This document shows positions 1 to 13,850 of a stretch of DNA of 64,000 bases, piece by piece (position 1 is the first letter of the stretch; every line of letters begins with the position of its first letter). A program made the position numbers and the translations under genes. Below the pieces are notes generated by a model. The model saw only the letters and a list, made by a program, of their open reading frames with translations, made no database searches and was not told the DNA's origin. This DNA is from Eledone cirrhosa (lineage: Eukaryota): NCBI GenBank assembly GCA_964016885.1, contig OZ024741.1:240312001-240376000 (forward strand), given 5' to 3'.

Positions 1-214
1 CAGGACCTAATGATTGTGAAGGGAACTTCTTACCCATTTTGCCATGATGTGTCCATATTCAAAGAAATTACCAGAGGGGAATCAAATCATCAAAACTCCT
101 TTGTGGTTAAGTTATGTCCCACCGCATGGTAATTATTTCACTCAACTAATGAATTTGGATATGAGATTAACGCCACAACTTCCTCTTTTATGTTTATACA
201 AGTTATTGCTATTT

Positions 215-500
215 CCATCATCATTCTCATCATTCTATTGCTATCCTCATCACCACATTACTCTTTTTCTATCACCATCTTAGTTATCATTGTCATTGCT
301 CTTCATCTTTGTCATCATCATCATCTTTGTCATCATCATTACCATCCTTGACATTGTCACTGTCGTCATTATCATTGCTGTTGTTGTTGTCTTCATCGTT
401 ATCATTATTGTTGTTACCATCATCATTATTGTCATTATCACTGTCGTCTTTATCATCATCATCATCGTTGTCATCATCTATGTCATCATTGCTATTGTTC
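215..500. repeat. degenerate (CAT/TGT)n trinucleotide low-complexity tract
   Basis: Direct reading; explains the poly-I/D/M ORFs at 280-710. Confidence 0.9.
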
Positions 501-1385
501 TCAAATATTAGTTTGTTTTTCTTCCAAAAAATGTTTACATTCATGTACACCATCAACTCACTTACATTTCTTTATAAGGAAACAGTTTCTTCTTCCTTCC
601 TGTTCCTTCCCTTCACCCCTCCCCCTCTTTACATACTCCTCCTCCATTATTTACCTATGTCACCCTCTTTCTATGTACAGTTATGTCAGTATATGAGTAA
701 TATTTGTTAGTGTCATGATTTTTTTTTTCTTCTTTTAGAATTCTAAATATATATATAAAATATCTTCGAAAACAAGAGAAACAAAAATAATAACAATGAT
801 TTAAAAAAAAATAAGTTAAACAAGAACATTTTGAGGGGAGAATAGAAAAATAATTAACTATTTGACAAAAATACCTGTTTCTCTTCATAACAAAAATGTT
901 GGAATAAAATATATTACAAAAAAAAAAAATGTAATAAAAACATAAGGGACAGCAAATAAGAGGAAGCCAGAATTTACTTAATTTAATACCAGGCAATTTT
1001 ATTATAATCTTTGAAAGGTTTCTCTACATGGGATCACTCTGCTCATTACTTTAAAGGGTTTCTTAAAATTGAATACTTTTGACATTATACTAATATTTTG
1101 TTTTTCTGTTGAGTTAAATTGCCAATTAGTTAACTGATAGATAGCACCTACATCTTTTATAACATCACAATAGCAACAAATAGAAGATTATCTTTATACA
1201 TGACAATAGCAACAACAACAAGAATATTGTGTTAAGTAAACAGCAATGTTAATGTCATTCATTGTACAATGGCAACAGAGATATGACTTTCAATTAAATG
1301 TGTTCTGCTTATGTTGAGATAAGAAACACAACACAAAACATTAGTTCTTGTTTTCATTTGAGGAACTTTAAGAATCGACTAGATG

Positions 1386-1700
1386 GAAATATAATATACT
1401 TAAACTGGGTATTCTGGATTGGGAGAATCTAGTAATGTAATATACTTAAAGTGAGTATTCTGGAATAGAAGAATCTAGTAATATAATATACTTAAACTAG
1501 GTATTCTGGAATAGAAGAGTGTAGTAATGTAATATACTTAAAGTGAGAATTCTGGAATAGAAGAATCTAGTAATATAATATACTTAAACTAGGTATTCTG
1601 GAATAGAAGAGTGTAGTAATATAATATACTTAAAGGGAGTATTCTGGAATGGGAGAATCCAGTAATATAATATATTTAGAGTATTTTGGAATGGGAAAAT
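1386..1700. repeat. 46-bp minisatellite, about 7 copies
   Basis: Unit agtaatataatatacttaaactaggtattctggaatagaagaatct; starts at 1431, 1477, 1523 and so on; alternating aactagg/aagtgag variants. Confidence 0.9.
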
Positions 1701-1784
1701 CCCTCAGTAGTTTTCTTTAGAATATGATTAATCTGGGTTTATAATGATTTAGTAACCTTTCTGTGTGTGTGTACATATAGACAT

Positions 1785-2715
1785 GTCATCATAATCAACC
1801 TTTTACACATGGTTTTTCATGCTTGCTTGGGTTGGATGGGTCTTTTTCAGCTCAGCCACCCACCATTTGTTGCATTCACTCAACATTACTTCCATGAGGT
1901 TTAGCATTTTAATATCCATATCCACTTTCATCACTTCTGCCCAGGTCTTTCTTGGTCTTCTTCTGCAACTCCCTTCCATTGGGATCTTTTGCCTCTTCTT
2001 GACCTAATGATCATCATTCATATACATCACATATCCATACCTGTGCAGTCTTCTCTCTTGTGCACTACATCTGATTCATGTTATATGCATTTTTTATTCT
2101 TAGTTCATCCATGCTTTGCTGTTAATGCACATTAACATCATTCATCCATTGAAACATAGTTTTTTATTTCTCCCCTGTCTCCACATACCCTCTGCATTCA
2201 CTGACCCTATTTTACTACATGCAACACTGCAGGTATCATGTGATGCCTGTATGTGAAGCTGGCGTTTGTTGTCAACAGAGGCAGTGGCTCTTTGAAATTT
2301 TTACATTCTGTTCTTATTTCAGAGCAACTTCCTCCAATGAAAATTAAGTCACACAGGTAACAAGCTATTCCAGGTATTTGGGAACATTTATTACAATGGG
2401 GCTCTTACTGCTTACTCCTGTGCATCTCCCACATATAAAATCTACCTTTTCTGTTAGTTTACCTAAAATATTATACCTTCTTTTGTGTATACACATTTTG
2501 CATTATGTACATCATATAGCATTCCTATCTACTTCTTTAAATACTGAGCATGGCATAATTCCCTGATGGGACCAGAGTCCTATCGTCTTTTCTACTCACT
2601 AAAACTCTGGTCTTTGCTATGTATACTCTAAACTCTTTTGATTCTAAATCCTGTTTTCACAGTAGGAATTTCTTCACTAGCTTTTCCACAGATTCAGCAA
2701 TAAGAACCAGACTTG
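1785..2715 (-). mobile_element. old, degenerate RTE-clade LINE 3' fragment
   Basis: Minus-strand remnants of the same RT/PHD-finger/3' sequence as the 37920-39567 copy (tctccc acatataaaatctacc, gagcatggc, cagtcttctctcttg); (CAT)n tail at about 1787. Confidence 0.75.
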
Positions 2716-3151
2716 GTCTATGTGGACCCATCCAACTCTTGCTAGTAAGGAAAGTTGGTGTTAAAGTGATGATGATGATTACGACCATCATTTTATATCC
2801 TCCCCCACATCCAACATATCCTCCTATATTTTTCTACATAATACAATCATTTCACCTTGTCGCCCACATATATGTTCCTGCTTATTTTTCTACATTACTA
2901 TCTACAGTCACTCCACCAACATTTGATCAGCTAAAGCATGCTATACTTTCTTAAAAAACAAGCAGACATTAGATAATGAAGTCCTAGATAGACTGTTTTA
3001 ATAAACTCCTTTGATCATAGGTCTGCTGGATCAAATCTAGAGCTAAACAATAATAACAGAAGTGGAATTTACTCTGATACACTAATTAGTTGAAAAAAGA
3101 AAATTGTTATAGTTTTAAGGATGAAAAAAATATAAACATTTACAGTTTCCT

Positions 3152-3280
3152 GGAGACATGTGGCTTAGTGGTTAGGTTGATTGGTTCATTATCGTAAGGA
3201 CATGTGTTCAGTTCCTGCTTGCACCAGGTGGCACATTGTGTCCTTGAGCAAGTCACTTTATTTCATATTGCTCCAGTGCT
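3152..3280 (+). mobile_element. tRNA-derived CORE-like SINE, head only
   Basis: A-box tggcttagtgg, B-box-like gttcagttcc, then tgtgtccttgagcaagtcactttatttc; matches the head of 63379-63727. Confidence 0.8.
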
Positions 3281-3576
3281 CTGAGGAGTTATCTCTTTCT
3301 ACTGTATTAGCAATATCAAAAGCTCTAGTAACAGAACATAATGATCTGTTGCTGAGGTCACCTCTCATTTCTCCTCACTAAGATATGACGGGGTCATCCT
3401 ATGAGAATCTTTTCTCTATAGGTGCAAATTGGCAATCATTAGAATATTGGACAAAATACTTTGCAGTATTTGTTCTTTGACTTTGATCATTATGAGGTCA
3501 ATAAAAAAATTATCAATCCAGTACTGGGGTTGTTTTTTTTCCTCTATATATTTTTTTAACTCTCTCTCTCTCTCCT

Positions 3577-3577
<1 letters not shown>

Positions 3578-3638
<61 letters not shown>

Positions 3639-3744
3639 AATTATTGTGTACAGTGCTCAGGTGCACTAAAACTCATCAAAGGTGCATGTATAGTACATAG
3701 AATAATGTACAAATGTCAGGAAAATGAACAGTGTATGAGTCATG

Positions 3745-3792
<48 letters not shown>

Positions 3793-4425
3793 AATATTGT
3801 GTACAGTGCCCAGGTGCACCACAACTCATCAAAAAAGTGCATGTACAGTACATAGAGCAATGCACAAACATCAGTAAAATGAACAGTGCATGAGTCATGA
3901 TACACACATGTGTACATGTGTATGGAAGGGGTATATCAGGTGTAGTTTTGGCGTATTTCGGGAAGCATGAGTGTCTTAAAGGATGCAGTGTCTCGGCAGC
4001 TAACAACTGACGCAGGCAGTTTGTTCCATGCTTCAGCAACTCTGAGCGTGAAAAAATGTCTACGGAAGTCATGGGAGCTGTGCTGTTTTCTGATTTTGTA
4101 GGCATGTCCACGTGTGTTAGACACATGGAGATCAAAAAGGTGCTCAGGGTTGCAATTGGCGAGATGGTTAATAACTTTGTGGGTATTCACCAAGTTCATT
4201 GCCAGACATCGGAGCTTCAATGAATCCATGCCCAGGGAAGCAAGGTGTTCAGAGTATGGTAGGTGTCTGATGGAGGGTATGCGCTGAACAGTTTCCAGGC
4301 GGTCAATGTTCTGAGCAAGATAGGGGTTCCAGACTGATGATGCGAATTTCAAGTGTGGTCGTACCATAGCTGTATACAGTTTTAAATAGATGGCTGGAGA
4401 GCGGCTAACAAAGGTCTTGCTGAAG
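3578..4425 (-). mobile_element. CR1-clade LINE 3' end (RT C-terminus) with duplicated 3' tail
   Basis: ORF 3936-4580 encodes LYTAMVRPHL.FASSVWNPY...LETVQR...RRHFFTLRVAEAWNKLP, typical of CR1/L2-group RT C-termini; 3' end plus (TTA)n occurs twice (3578-3745 and 3748-3900). Confidence 0.88.
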
Positions 4426-5124
4426 AATTTGGCTGTGTTGAGATGTGGAGTGGAATGGCCTCCTCTAGGTTTAAACTTAAGAGATATGGGTCCATACATA
4501 CAGTCTTTTCTATATTGAAGAAATGAGTTCATTATGAACTCTCTTATGAAGAAGTCATGATTAAAGTAAAGATAGAACATTCAAATGTTGCTTATATCTG
4601 AGCACTTCTATATCTGGGGTGATTCGGATACTATGCATAATGAGTATTATAAACCATTGTTATCATTATCTTCATTTGATGTCCCCTTTCCCTGCTAGCA
4701 AGGGTTGGACGAGTAGTCAACAGACTTGGCTGGTTATGAAAGTGGAGGTAGTGACCTCACAGTGGGCCAGGAGTCTGTATCCCATTTATTTTTCTACACC
4801 CTGCTAAGTCCTCAGATGATTGGTGATTTGTGACTCACATATTATCCTATGCACTATCCCCGGTTACATTTCTTCATGACACCAGTACTAGGGATGTTGC
4901 TCAAAATAGAAATATCTGACTAATTTTTAATGCTTCCCTCACCAACATACTTACCTCACCTGTAGCCAACATATATACTGTTTCTTTTCTTGTCTATTGA
5001 TTATACAGCAGTCTCTTCTCTCTCAGACATACATTAAATCACAGATAACTTAGGATTCATCTTTATTGTTTTTCCATGTAACAAAAGATCTTTGATATAA
5101 AGTAAACAATATAATATGATATGA

Positions 5125-5560
5125 TTCTTTCTAGCATTGGCACAAGGCCAACAATTTGAGGGAAGGGGAAAAGTTGATTATGTCAACCCCAGTACTTAAC
5201 TGGTACTTTTTCCACCCTGGAAGGATGAAAGGCAGAGCTAACCTCAGCAGGATTTGAACTCGGAATGTAAAAAGTTGTAACTAAGTACCACAAACCATTT
5301 TGTCTGATGCTCTTCCGATACTACCAATCAACCACCCTCATACAATGCAATATAATGGTTTCTAATTTAGGCACAAGGCCAATCATTTTTTGGGGAGGTG
5401 AAAGTCGATTAAATCGACCCAATGCATTACTGGTGCTTTATTTTATCAACCCTGTAAGGATGAAAGGCAAAGCTAACCTTGGTGGGATTTGAACGCAGAA
5501 CGTAAAATGCTGCAAAGCACATTGTCTGACACCCTACTGATACTGCCAATCCACCACCCT
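5125..5560 (-). mobile_element. two tandem MetaSINE-like tRNA-SINEs
   Basis: Minus strand has B-box gagttcaaatcc and the core gcctttcatcctt..ggg.tcgataaaataaagtaccag; two units (5125-5340, 5352-5560). Confidence 0.8.
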
Positions 5561-5587
5561 CATATGATACGATATAAACAAGTGCAC

Positions 5588-6550
5588 ATCATCATCATCA
5601 ACGTTTAACGTCCGTGTTCCACGCTTGCATGGGTTTGGACGGGGGTATTCCCACTTGCTCGCATAGGACTATCTGGCAGGTTTTCTACAGTTGGATGCCC
5701 TTCCTAACACCAACCACATTTACAGTGTGGCCTGGGAGGTTTTTACCGTGTTGCCTACACAGCCACATTACAGCGTGGACTGTGTGTTTTTTTTTGTCGT
5801 GACACCTACACGATCTCATTTGTTTCAGACTGGATGTTGTGGTACCAACATAACTTTACATAGGAGGGGGTGGTGTGGATGGGGTGGGGGTGGTGGGACG
5901 GGGGTGTATTTTGTTAGAGATGCCTACTGGCTGTAGTAGGTTTTACTATGTATTTAGGTAAGGCGGGTCTTCTCTATTACTGAGTACCGCCAAAGGTCTC
6001 GGTCCAGTGACATTGTCTTGGAGAGGTGTAAGTGTGTGAGGTCGGAATTTATCAAGTCGTCCCAGGTTTTTCTGGGTCTACCTATTCTGTGGCTACCATC
6101 TATTTTTATTGCCCTGCACTTTGTTATACAGCTATCGACTTTCATGCGCATCACGTGTCCATACCAACGTAGCCTTCTCTCGAGTAAACAACATCTGATC
6201 CCTCTTATTTCTAATTTTTTCCTTAGTTCGTTTATGCTTTGCCATTCACGTATATTACTATTACACATCCAGCGGAGCATGCAAGCTTCATTCCTCTGCA
6301 CACAATGCCCAGGTCTCACTGCCATGCAACATTGCTGTTCGTATGCAGGCATCATACAACCTGCCTTTCATTTTTAGGGAGAACCCTTTAGCGGCTAATA
6401 GTGGTATAAGCTCTCTGAACTTTTTCCATCCAGTTCTGACTCTAGCTACTGTACTTTCAGAGCACCCTCCCCCACTGCTGATTTTGTCAGCCAGGTAACG
6501 GAAGCTGTCCACTATTTCTATAGAGCCCTCTGCGCAGTTGTAAGAGCTAG
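5588..6550 (-). mobile_element. RTE-clade LINE 3' portion
   Basis: ORFs give SFRYLADKISSGGGCSES..ARVRTGWKKFREL...MLHGSETW and RRLRWYGHVMRM...GRPRKTW; 3' UTR with aggaagggcatcc; (ATG)n tail. Confidence 0.92.
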
Positions 6551-6659
6551 TATATAAAATTATTCAATTGTAATAAAGAATATGTAATTTTTACCTGCCT
6601 TTTGACTAGTGTATTTTACTGTGACTATAGTGGTAGTAGCAGTATAACATTCTCACTAT

Positions 6660-6862
6660 GGTAGAGCTGTTAGATTGTCAGACAAAATACTTTAGTTCCA
6701 GCTCTTTACATTCTGAGTTCAAATCCCACCAAAGTCAACTTTGCCTTTCATCCTTCTGAGATCAAGAAAATAAAGTACCAGTCAAGTACTTGGGTCAATT
6801 TAATCAACTTTACCCTCCGTTCAAAATTTACTGGCATTGTGTCAATGCTAGGAACCATTATT
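6660..6862 (+). mobile_element. MetaSINE-like SINE
   Basis: ctgagttcaaatccc...gcctttcatccttctgagatcaagaaaataaagtaccag. Confidence 0.75.
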
Positions 6863-6959
6863 TTGTCTGTTAGATCTGAAATCTATTAAATTAAGCTTAA
6901 TTAAATCAAGAGTTGACTACTTTATTTTAAAATATGGAAATGCAATTAACTCTGTAGTA

Positions 6960-7841
6960 TTTACATTACTCTATATTTACTATTGTATTTTTGCGGTAAA
7001 GGCTTTATCTCATACTAGCAGTGGTACCCGGCGTTGCACAGGATAAGGTATTGTGAAATATATAACCGCCTTAGCTAAGCTTAGTATTGCCACAACCACG
7101 GCTGGCGAAGAAGTAAGGGTCTGGTGGTACGTAAGTAAGCAACACTGTGGCTTAAAACGTGAGGAAGAAGTTGTATGCACTTACCAACTGTTTGGGGAAT
7201 GAGTGTGAGATTTGTCTTGAGCAAGGGTGGCAGAATAGCCGGAGGCAGCAGACAGCCAGACATACAGACAGATATTATAAGGACGCGTTCTGGATGCAGA
7301 GCGAATTGTAGGAAGTGACGTAATGTAGACAGCCAGACATACAGACATACAGACAGATATTATAAGGGCGCGACGTTATATGTAAGTATCTATCTAAAAA
7401 GAGAAAGAGTAAGAATTATATAGAGAGATCGCTAAATCGCCTAATGCGGTCCCTAGGGCATTGAAAATTTGAAATTGTTTTTACTCAGAACACTCCGTGA
7501 AACATAAGTATTACATGTGTAAAGTTTGAAAACAGTCGGTTGGGTGCTTCTCTAGTTTTAGGGATTCAAACTCACACACAGACAGACATACTCAGGTTTA
7601 TATATATAGATAATATCTCACATAACATTTACATTACTCTATATTTACTATTGTATTTTTGTGGTAAAGGCTTTATCTCACATAATATCTCATATAATAT
7701 CGAATCTATGAGATTTTGATGTTATTTATTTTGAGAACAATACCTTAACATCAGTGCAAGTGGCCAGTTAAGGCCAGTTTGAACAGAAAGTGGTGAGAGA
7801 ATTCTGGCTGGATATGGCCGGTTTAAATGCTAAAGGGTTAA
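6960..7841. mobile_element. TTAA-ended MITE-like repeat (right part), host of the Helitron; internal block of about 55 bp duplicated
   Basis: Ends tttaaatgctaaagggttaa; homologous to 62762-62984; block 6960-7013 repeated at 7628-7684. Confidence 0.6.
7015..7610 (-). mobile_element. non-autonomous Helitron (596 bp)
   Basis: Minus strand starts TCtatatatataaa and ends ...cctgtgcaacgccgggtaccactgCTAG; inserted between A and T; subterminal GC-rich imperfect hairpin; internal (acag)n repeats. Confidence 0.8.
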
Positions 7842-8580
7842 ACATGTTTAGTCAGTTATGGCTGTTTTAGGTCAATATATAAAAACAAATATATTATTCT
7901 TGACTCTATTTACATCACTTACTTTGAAATTGGATTGAAATTTCTATTCACAATTCATTTGTTCATCTGTAAAATCGAACAAATATCTCAGTTCTGAGCT
8001 ACATTATCAAGAATAATAATCTTGAATTAGGGTTATTGAATGTTTTACAAAATATGAGTTATGACTTATTGTATAAAGTACTTGACCTCTTTCTTTTCAT
8101 GATGATTGCTATTGAGACCTCTGGTGTGCTCAGTTCCTGTTTTCCTCCACAAAATTGGGAAGAGTTCATTTTGCTTGAGAAAGGTGAACTGGCTGATGCA
8201 GTGAATGTTGCTGGTTGTTCTCCAAGATAATGACTTTGTCATCTTGTCATCTGCAGGGTGCAGCTGAGATATACCACCTAGACTGGGGTGTACAGTTTGC
8301 CACTCCCTCCCTCCTCCTCCTCCTGACATCCCATTTTATTTTCACTATTTTTCCCCTCTTTTTGTTATTGTAAACCTTATATAACCCAAACACTTGATAA
8401 ACATCAAGTATCCTTTTAACCTGTTTCCTTTGCATTCCTTATGTATGCCACAATGTTCCAAGTAGCACAACAAGAGTCTGGTTCATTTTATAATATCCAG
8501 TGAATATATACTTATAGTGAATATATACTATACACTAAAGTATGATTAGTCAGTTCTATGTTGTTCATTCCTCTAACATT

Positions 8581-8790
8581 AGATCATCATCATCATCTTT
8601 ATCATCATCATTATCATTATCATCTTAATGATGACGATCATCATCTTTATCAACATAATTATCATCATCATGTTCATCATCATCATCATCATCATCATCT
8701 TCATTATCATATACATCATCATCTTCATCATCATATACATCATCTTCATCTCCATCATTGTTGTCCTCATTGTTGTTGTTGTTATTATTT
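8581..8790. repeat. (CAT)n microsatellite
   Basis: Direct reading. Confidence 0.95.
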
Positions 8791-9344
8791 GTGTGTCCCA
8801 ACAGAAATGCAGCCATTAAATTCTTTAGAAGACAACCAAGATCAAAGTAATATTTAAAACAAGCCAGTAGATTAGCAGTAGAAATTCAAATCACAGCTGA
8901 GCATTGCTCTTGCTAATGCAGTGAAGTTGTTTATTATTAATGCCATACTTTGTGCACATAAACATAGCCTACCATCTATTTTTGTCATGTTTTAAAGGCT
9001 TACAAGCCTTAATCCCTCTCCTTCCCTTTCCCCTTCGCCTCCCACTATCCCTACCTCTCTCACACTCTCTACTTCTTTCTTTCTACTTCTTTTTCTCTCT
9101 TTCTTTCTTGTAATTATGATTCATGTCAGCAGAACATACATAGTTATGAAATGTCATTAAATAGAGAAAATTATAGATTTTCGCCATCTCTAATATAAAA
9201 CTGTGAAACTATAGTAGGCTAGGCTGCTACATACATGTTGTGCCTCTGCCTTTATTGTCACCTGAGCATCTCATCTGATCAGGTCAAGGGACTGAATTAA
9301 TGAATGATTTTCATTTGAATTTCTCTGAATATAATATCAGGGTG

Positions 9345-9660
<316 letters not shown>

Positions 9661-9732
9661 AAGATCTAGTTAGTGCTATGATTATTTTGATCTTTTTTGT
9701 AAAATAACCAATCTTTCAAGGTGTATTTTTTA

Positions 9733-11530
9733 TATGGTGGTGATGGTGGTGGTGGTGGTGGTGATGGTGGTGGTGGTGGTGGTGATGGTGGTGGTGGTGG
9801 TGGTGATGGTGGTGGTGGTGGTGGTGATGGTGGTGGTGGTGATGATGTGGTGGTGGTGGTGATGGTGGTGATGTGGTGGTGGTGGTGATGGTGGTGGTGG
9901 TGGTGATGGTGGTGGTGGTGGTGGTGGTGGTGGTGGTGGTGATGGTGTGGTGATGGTGGTGATGTGGTGGTGGTGGTGATGATGTGGTGATGGTGGTGGT
10001 GGTGGTGATGGTGGTGGTGATGATGTGGTGATGGTGGTGATGTGGTGATGGTGGTGGTGGTGATGATGTGGTGATGATGTGGTGGTGGTGGTGGTGGTGA
10101 TGTGGTGGTGGTGATGATGTGGTGGTGGTGATGATGTGGTGGTGGTGGTGGTGGTGATGTGGTGGTGGTGATGATGTGGTGGTGGTGATGATGTGGTGGT
10201 GGTGGTGGTGGTGATGATGTGGTGGTGGTGGTGATGATGTGGTGGTGGTGGTGGTGATGATGAGGTGGAGGTGGTGGTGGTGATGTGGTGGTGGTGGTGA
10301 TGTGGTGGTGTTGGTGATGATGAGGTGGAGGTGGTGGTGATGATGTGGTGGTGGTGGTGATGTGGTGGTGGTGGTGGTGATGATGTGGTGGTGATGTCGT
10401 GGTGGTGGTGGTGGTGATGATGTGGTGATGATGTGGCGGTGATGTGGTGATGATGATGATGTGGTGGTGGTGATGTGGTGCTGGTGATGATGAGGTGGAG
10501 GTGGTGGTGATGAGGTGGTGGTGGTGGTGGTGGTGATGAGGTGGCGGTGGTGATGTGGTGATGATGTGGTGGTGGTGGTGGTGATGTGGTGGAGGTGATG
10601 ATGATGTGGTGGTGGTGATGATGTGGTGGAGGTGATGATGATGTGGTGGTGGTGATGTGGTGATGATGTGGTGGTAGTGGTGGTGGTGTGGTGGTGGTGG
10701 TGATGATGTGGTGGTGGTGATGGTGGTGATGTGGTGGTGGTGATGATGTGGAGATGATGTGTTTATGTGATGATAATGATGTGTTTATGTGATGATGATG
10801 AGGTGGTGGTGGTGATGTGGTGGTAGTGATGTGGTGGTGGTGATGATGTGGTGGAGGTGGTGGTGGTGATGTGGTGGTGATGTGGTGATGATGATGTGGT
10901 GGTGATGAGGTGGTGGTGGTGATGAGGTGGTGGTGGTGGTGATGATGTGATGGTGATGTGATGATGATGTGGTGGTGGTGTTGGTGATGATGATGAGGTG
11001 GTGGTGGTGATGTGGTGGTGATGATGTGGTGGAGGTGGTGGTGGTGATGTGGTGGTGATGTGGTGATGATGATGTGGTGGTGATGAGGTGGTGGTGGTGA
11101 TGAGGTGGTGGTGGTGGTGATGTGGTGGTGATGTGGTGATGATGATGTGGTGGTGATGAGGTGGTGGTGGTGATGAGGTGGTGGTGGTGGTGATGAGGTG
11201 GTGGTGATGATGTGGTGATGTGGTGATGATGTGGTGGTGATAAGGTGGTGGCAGTGGTGATGATGATGATGATGATGATGATGTGGCAGTGATGATGTGG
11301 TGGCGGTGATGATGTGGTGGCGGTAATGATGTGGTGGCGGTAATGATGTGGTGGCGGTGATGTGGTGGTGGTGGTGGTGGTGATGATATGGTGGTGATGT
11401 GGTGGTGGCGGTGATGTGGTGGTGGTGATGATCTGGTGGTGATGTGGTGGCGGTGATATGGCAGTGGCGGTGATGGTGTGGCAGTGGTGGCGGTGATATG
11501 ATGATGATGATGGGGTGGTGGTGGTGATGT
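9733..11530. repeat. 1.8-kb (TGG/TGA)n low-complexity array
   Basis: Direct reading; source of the spurious His/Pro/Thr ORFs. Confidence 0.95.
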
Positions 11531-11781
11531 GTAAACATGACAAAAATCAAAACTAGAAATATAATATAAGTTAAAAGAGGAGGAGGTGGAGGAGTGAAGG
11601 TAGTTTGTGTTATTTCTCTAGTCTGTTGAAGTGATGACATTTGATGGTTTATGTATTTCTGTAGAGTCTGTAGAGTCTGTAGAGTCTGTTGTGTGTGGAA
11701 TAATTGGTAGCATAGTGGCTACACATTCACACTAGAGATTCATGGTTAGAAACTGTCATATGGTAATTTATTTTATTTTAC

Positions 11782-13850
11782 TGTGGTAGTGCTGGTTGTG
11801 GTGGTGGTGGGGGCGGGGGTGGTGGGGGGTGGTGGTGGTTGTGGTGGTGGTTGTGGTGGTGGTTGTGGTTATGGTGGTGGTGGGGGGTGTGGGGGTTGTG
11901 GTGGTTGTGGTGGTGGTTGTGGTTGTGGTTGTGGTTATGGTGGTGGTGGGGTGTGTGGGGGTTGTGGTGGTTGTGCTGGTGGTTGTGGTGGTGGTTGTGG
12001 TGGTGGTGGTTGTGGTGGTTGTGGTGGTGGTGGTGGTGGTTGTGGTGGTGGTTGTGGTGGTGGTCGTGGTGGTGGTGGGGGGTGTGGTGGTTGTGGTGGT
12101 GGTTGTGGTGGTGGTGGTTGTGGTGGTGGTTGTGGTGGTGGTGGTGGTGGTTGTGGTGGTGGTTGTGGTGGTGGTGGTGGTGGTGGTAGTGGTTGTGGTG
12201 GTGGTGGTGGTGGTGGTGGTGATTGTGGTGGTGGGTGTGGTGGTGGTTGTGGTGGTGGTTGTCGTGGTGGTTGTCGTGGTGGTTGTGATGGTGGTTGTGA
12301 TGGTGGTGGTGGTTGTTGTGGTGGTTGTGGTGGTGGTTGTGGTGGTGGTGGTGGTGGTTGTGGTGGTGGTTGTGATGGTGGTGGTTGTGGTGGTGGTTGT
12401 GGTGGTGGTGGGGTGTGTGGTGGTTATGGTGGTGGGGGTGTGGTGGTAGGGGTGGTGGTGGTGGTTGTGGTGGTTGTGGTGGTGGTTGTGTTGGTGGTGG
12501 GGTGTGTGGTGGTTGTGGTGGTGGTGGTGGTGGTGGTGGTGATGGTGGTGGTGGTGGTGGTTGTGGTGGTTGTGATGGTTGTGGTAGTGGTGGTGGGGTG
12601 TGTGGTGGTTGTGGTTGTGGTGGTTGTGGTGGTTGTGGTGGTTGTGGTGGTTGTGGTGGTTGTGATGGTTGTGGTGGTGGTTGTGATTGTGGTGGTGGTG
12701 GTGGTTGTGATGGTGGTTGTGGTGGTGGTGGTAGGGGTTGTGGTGGTGGTTGTGGTGGTTGTGGTGGTGGTTGTGGTGGTGGTGGGGTGTGTGGTGGTTG
12801 TGGTGGTGGTGGTGGTGGTGGTGGTGGTGATGGTGGTGGTGGTTGTGGTGGTTGTGATGGTTGTGGTGATGGTGGTGGGGTGTGTGATGGTTGTGGTTGT
12901 GGTGGTTGTGGTGGTTGTGGTGGTTGTGGTGGTTGTGATGGTTGTGGTGGTGGTTGTGATTGTGGTGGTGGGTGTGATTGTGGTGGTGGTGGTTGTGATT
13001 GTGGTGGTGGTGGTGGTTGTGATGGTTTTGATGGTTGTGGTGGTGGTGGTGGTGGTTGTTGTGGTGGCTGTGGTGGTGGTTGTTGTTGTGTTGGTGGTGG
13101 TGGTTGTGATGGTTGTGGTGGTGGTTGTGGTGGTGGTGGTTGTGGCGGTGGTGGTTGTGGAGGTGGTTGTGGTGGTGGTGGTGGTGGTTGTGATTGTGGT
13201 GGTGGGTGTGATTGTGGTGGTGGTGGTGGTTGTGCTGGTTGTGATGGTGGTGGTTGTGATGGTTGTGGTGGTGGTGGTTGTGGTTGTGGTGGTTGTAGTG
13301 GTGGTGGTGGTGGTTGTGATTGTGGTGGTGGGTGTGGTGGTGGTGGTGGTTGTGATGGTTGTGATGGTTGTGGTGGTGGTGGTGGTGTTTGTGGTGGTGG
13401 CTGTGGTGGTGGTGGTTGTTGTTGTGGTGGTGGTGGTTGTGGTGGTTGTTGTGGTGGTTGTGGTGGTTGTGATGGTTGTGGTGGTGGTTGTGGTGGTTGT
13501 GATGGTTGTGGTGGTGGTGGTGGTGATTGTGGTGGTGGCTGTGATGTTGGTGGTGGTTGTTGTGGTGGTGGTGGTGGTCATGGTTGTGGTGTTGGTGGTA
13601 GTTGTGGGGTGATGGTGGTGTTGGTGGTTGAATGGAGTGATGTTGGTGGTTGAGTGGTGAGGTTGTGGTGGTCATGGTTGAGGTGTTGGTGGTAGTTGTG
13701 GGGTGATGGTGGTGTTGGTGGTTGAATGAAGTGATATTGGTGGTTGAGTGGTGAGGTTGTGGTGGTCATGGTTGTGGTGTTGGTGGTAGTTGTGGGGTGA
13801 TGGTGGTGGTGGTTGTATAGGCTGGTGAGATGGTGGGAGTAGTGTGTTTG
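11782..13850. repeat. 2-kb (TGG/TTG)n low-complexity array
   Basis: Direct reading; source of the spurious Gly-Cys, His-Asn and poly-Val ORFs. Confidence 0.95.

Noticed and set aside
1386-1700. Regular 46-bp repeats as a CRISPR array
   Set aside because: Contiguous tandem units without unique spacers, eukaryotic context, no cas genes.
9730-13675. 600-aa His/Pro/Thr, Gly-Cys and His-Asn ORFs resembling cuticle, beak or keratin-associated proteins
   Set aside because: Open in several frames on both strands only because (TGG)n lacks stops; no signal peptide, unique domain or codon variety.
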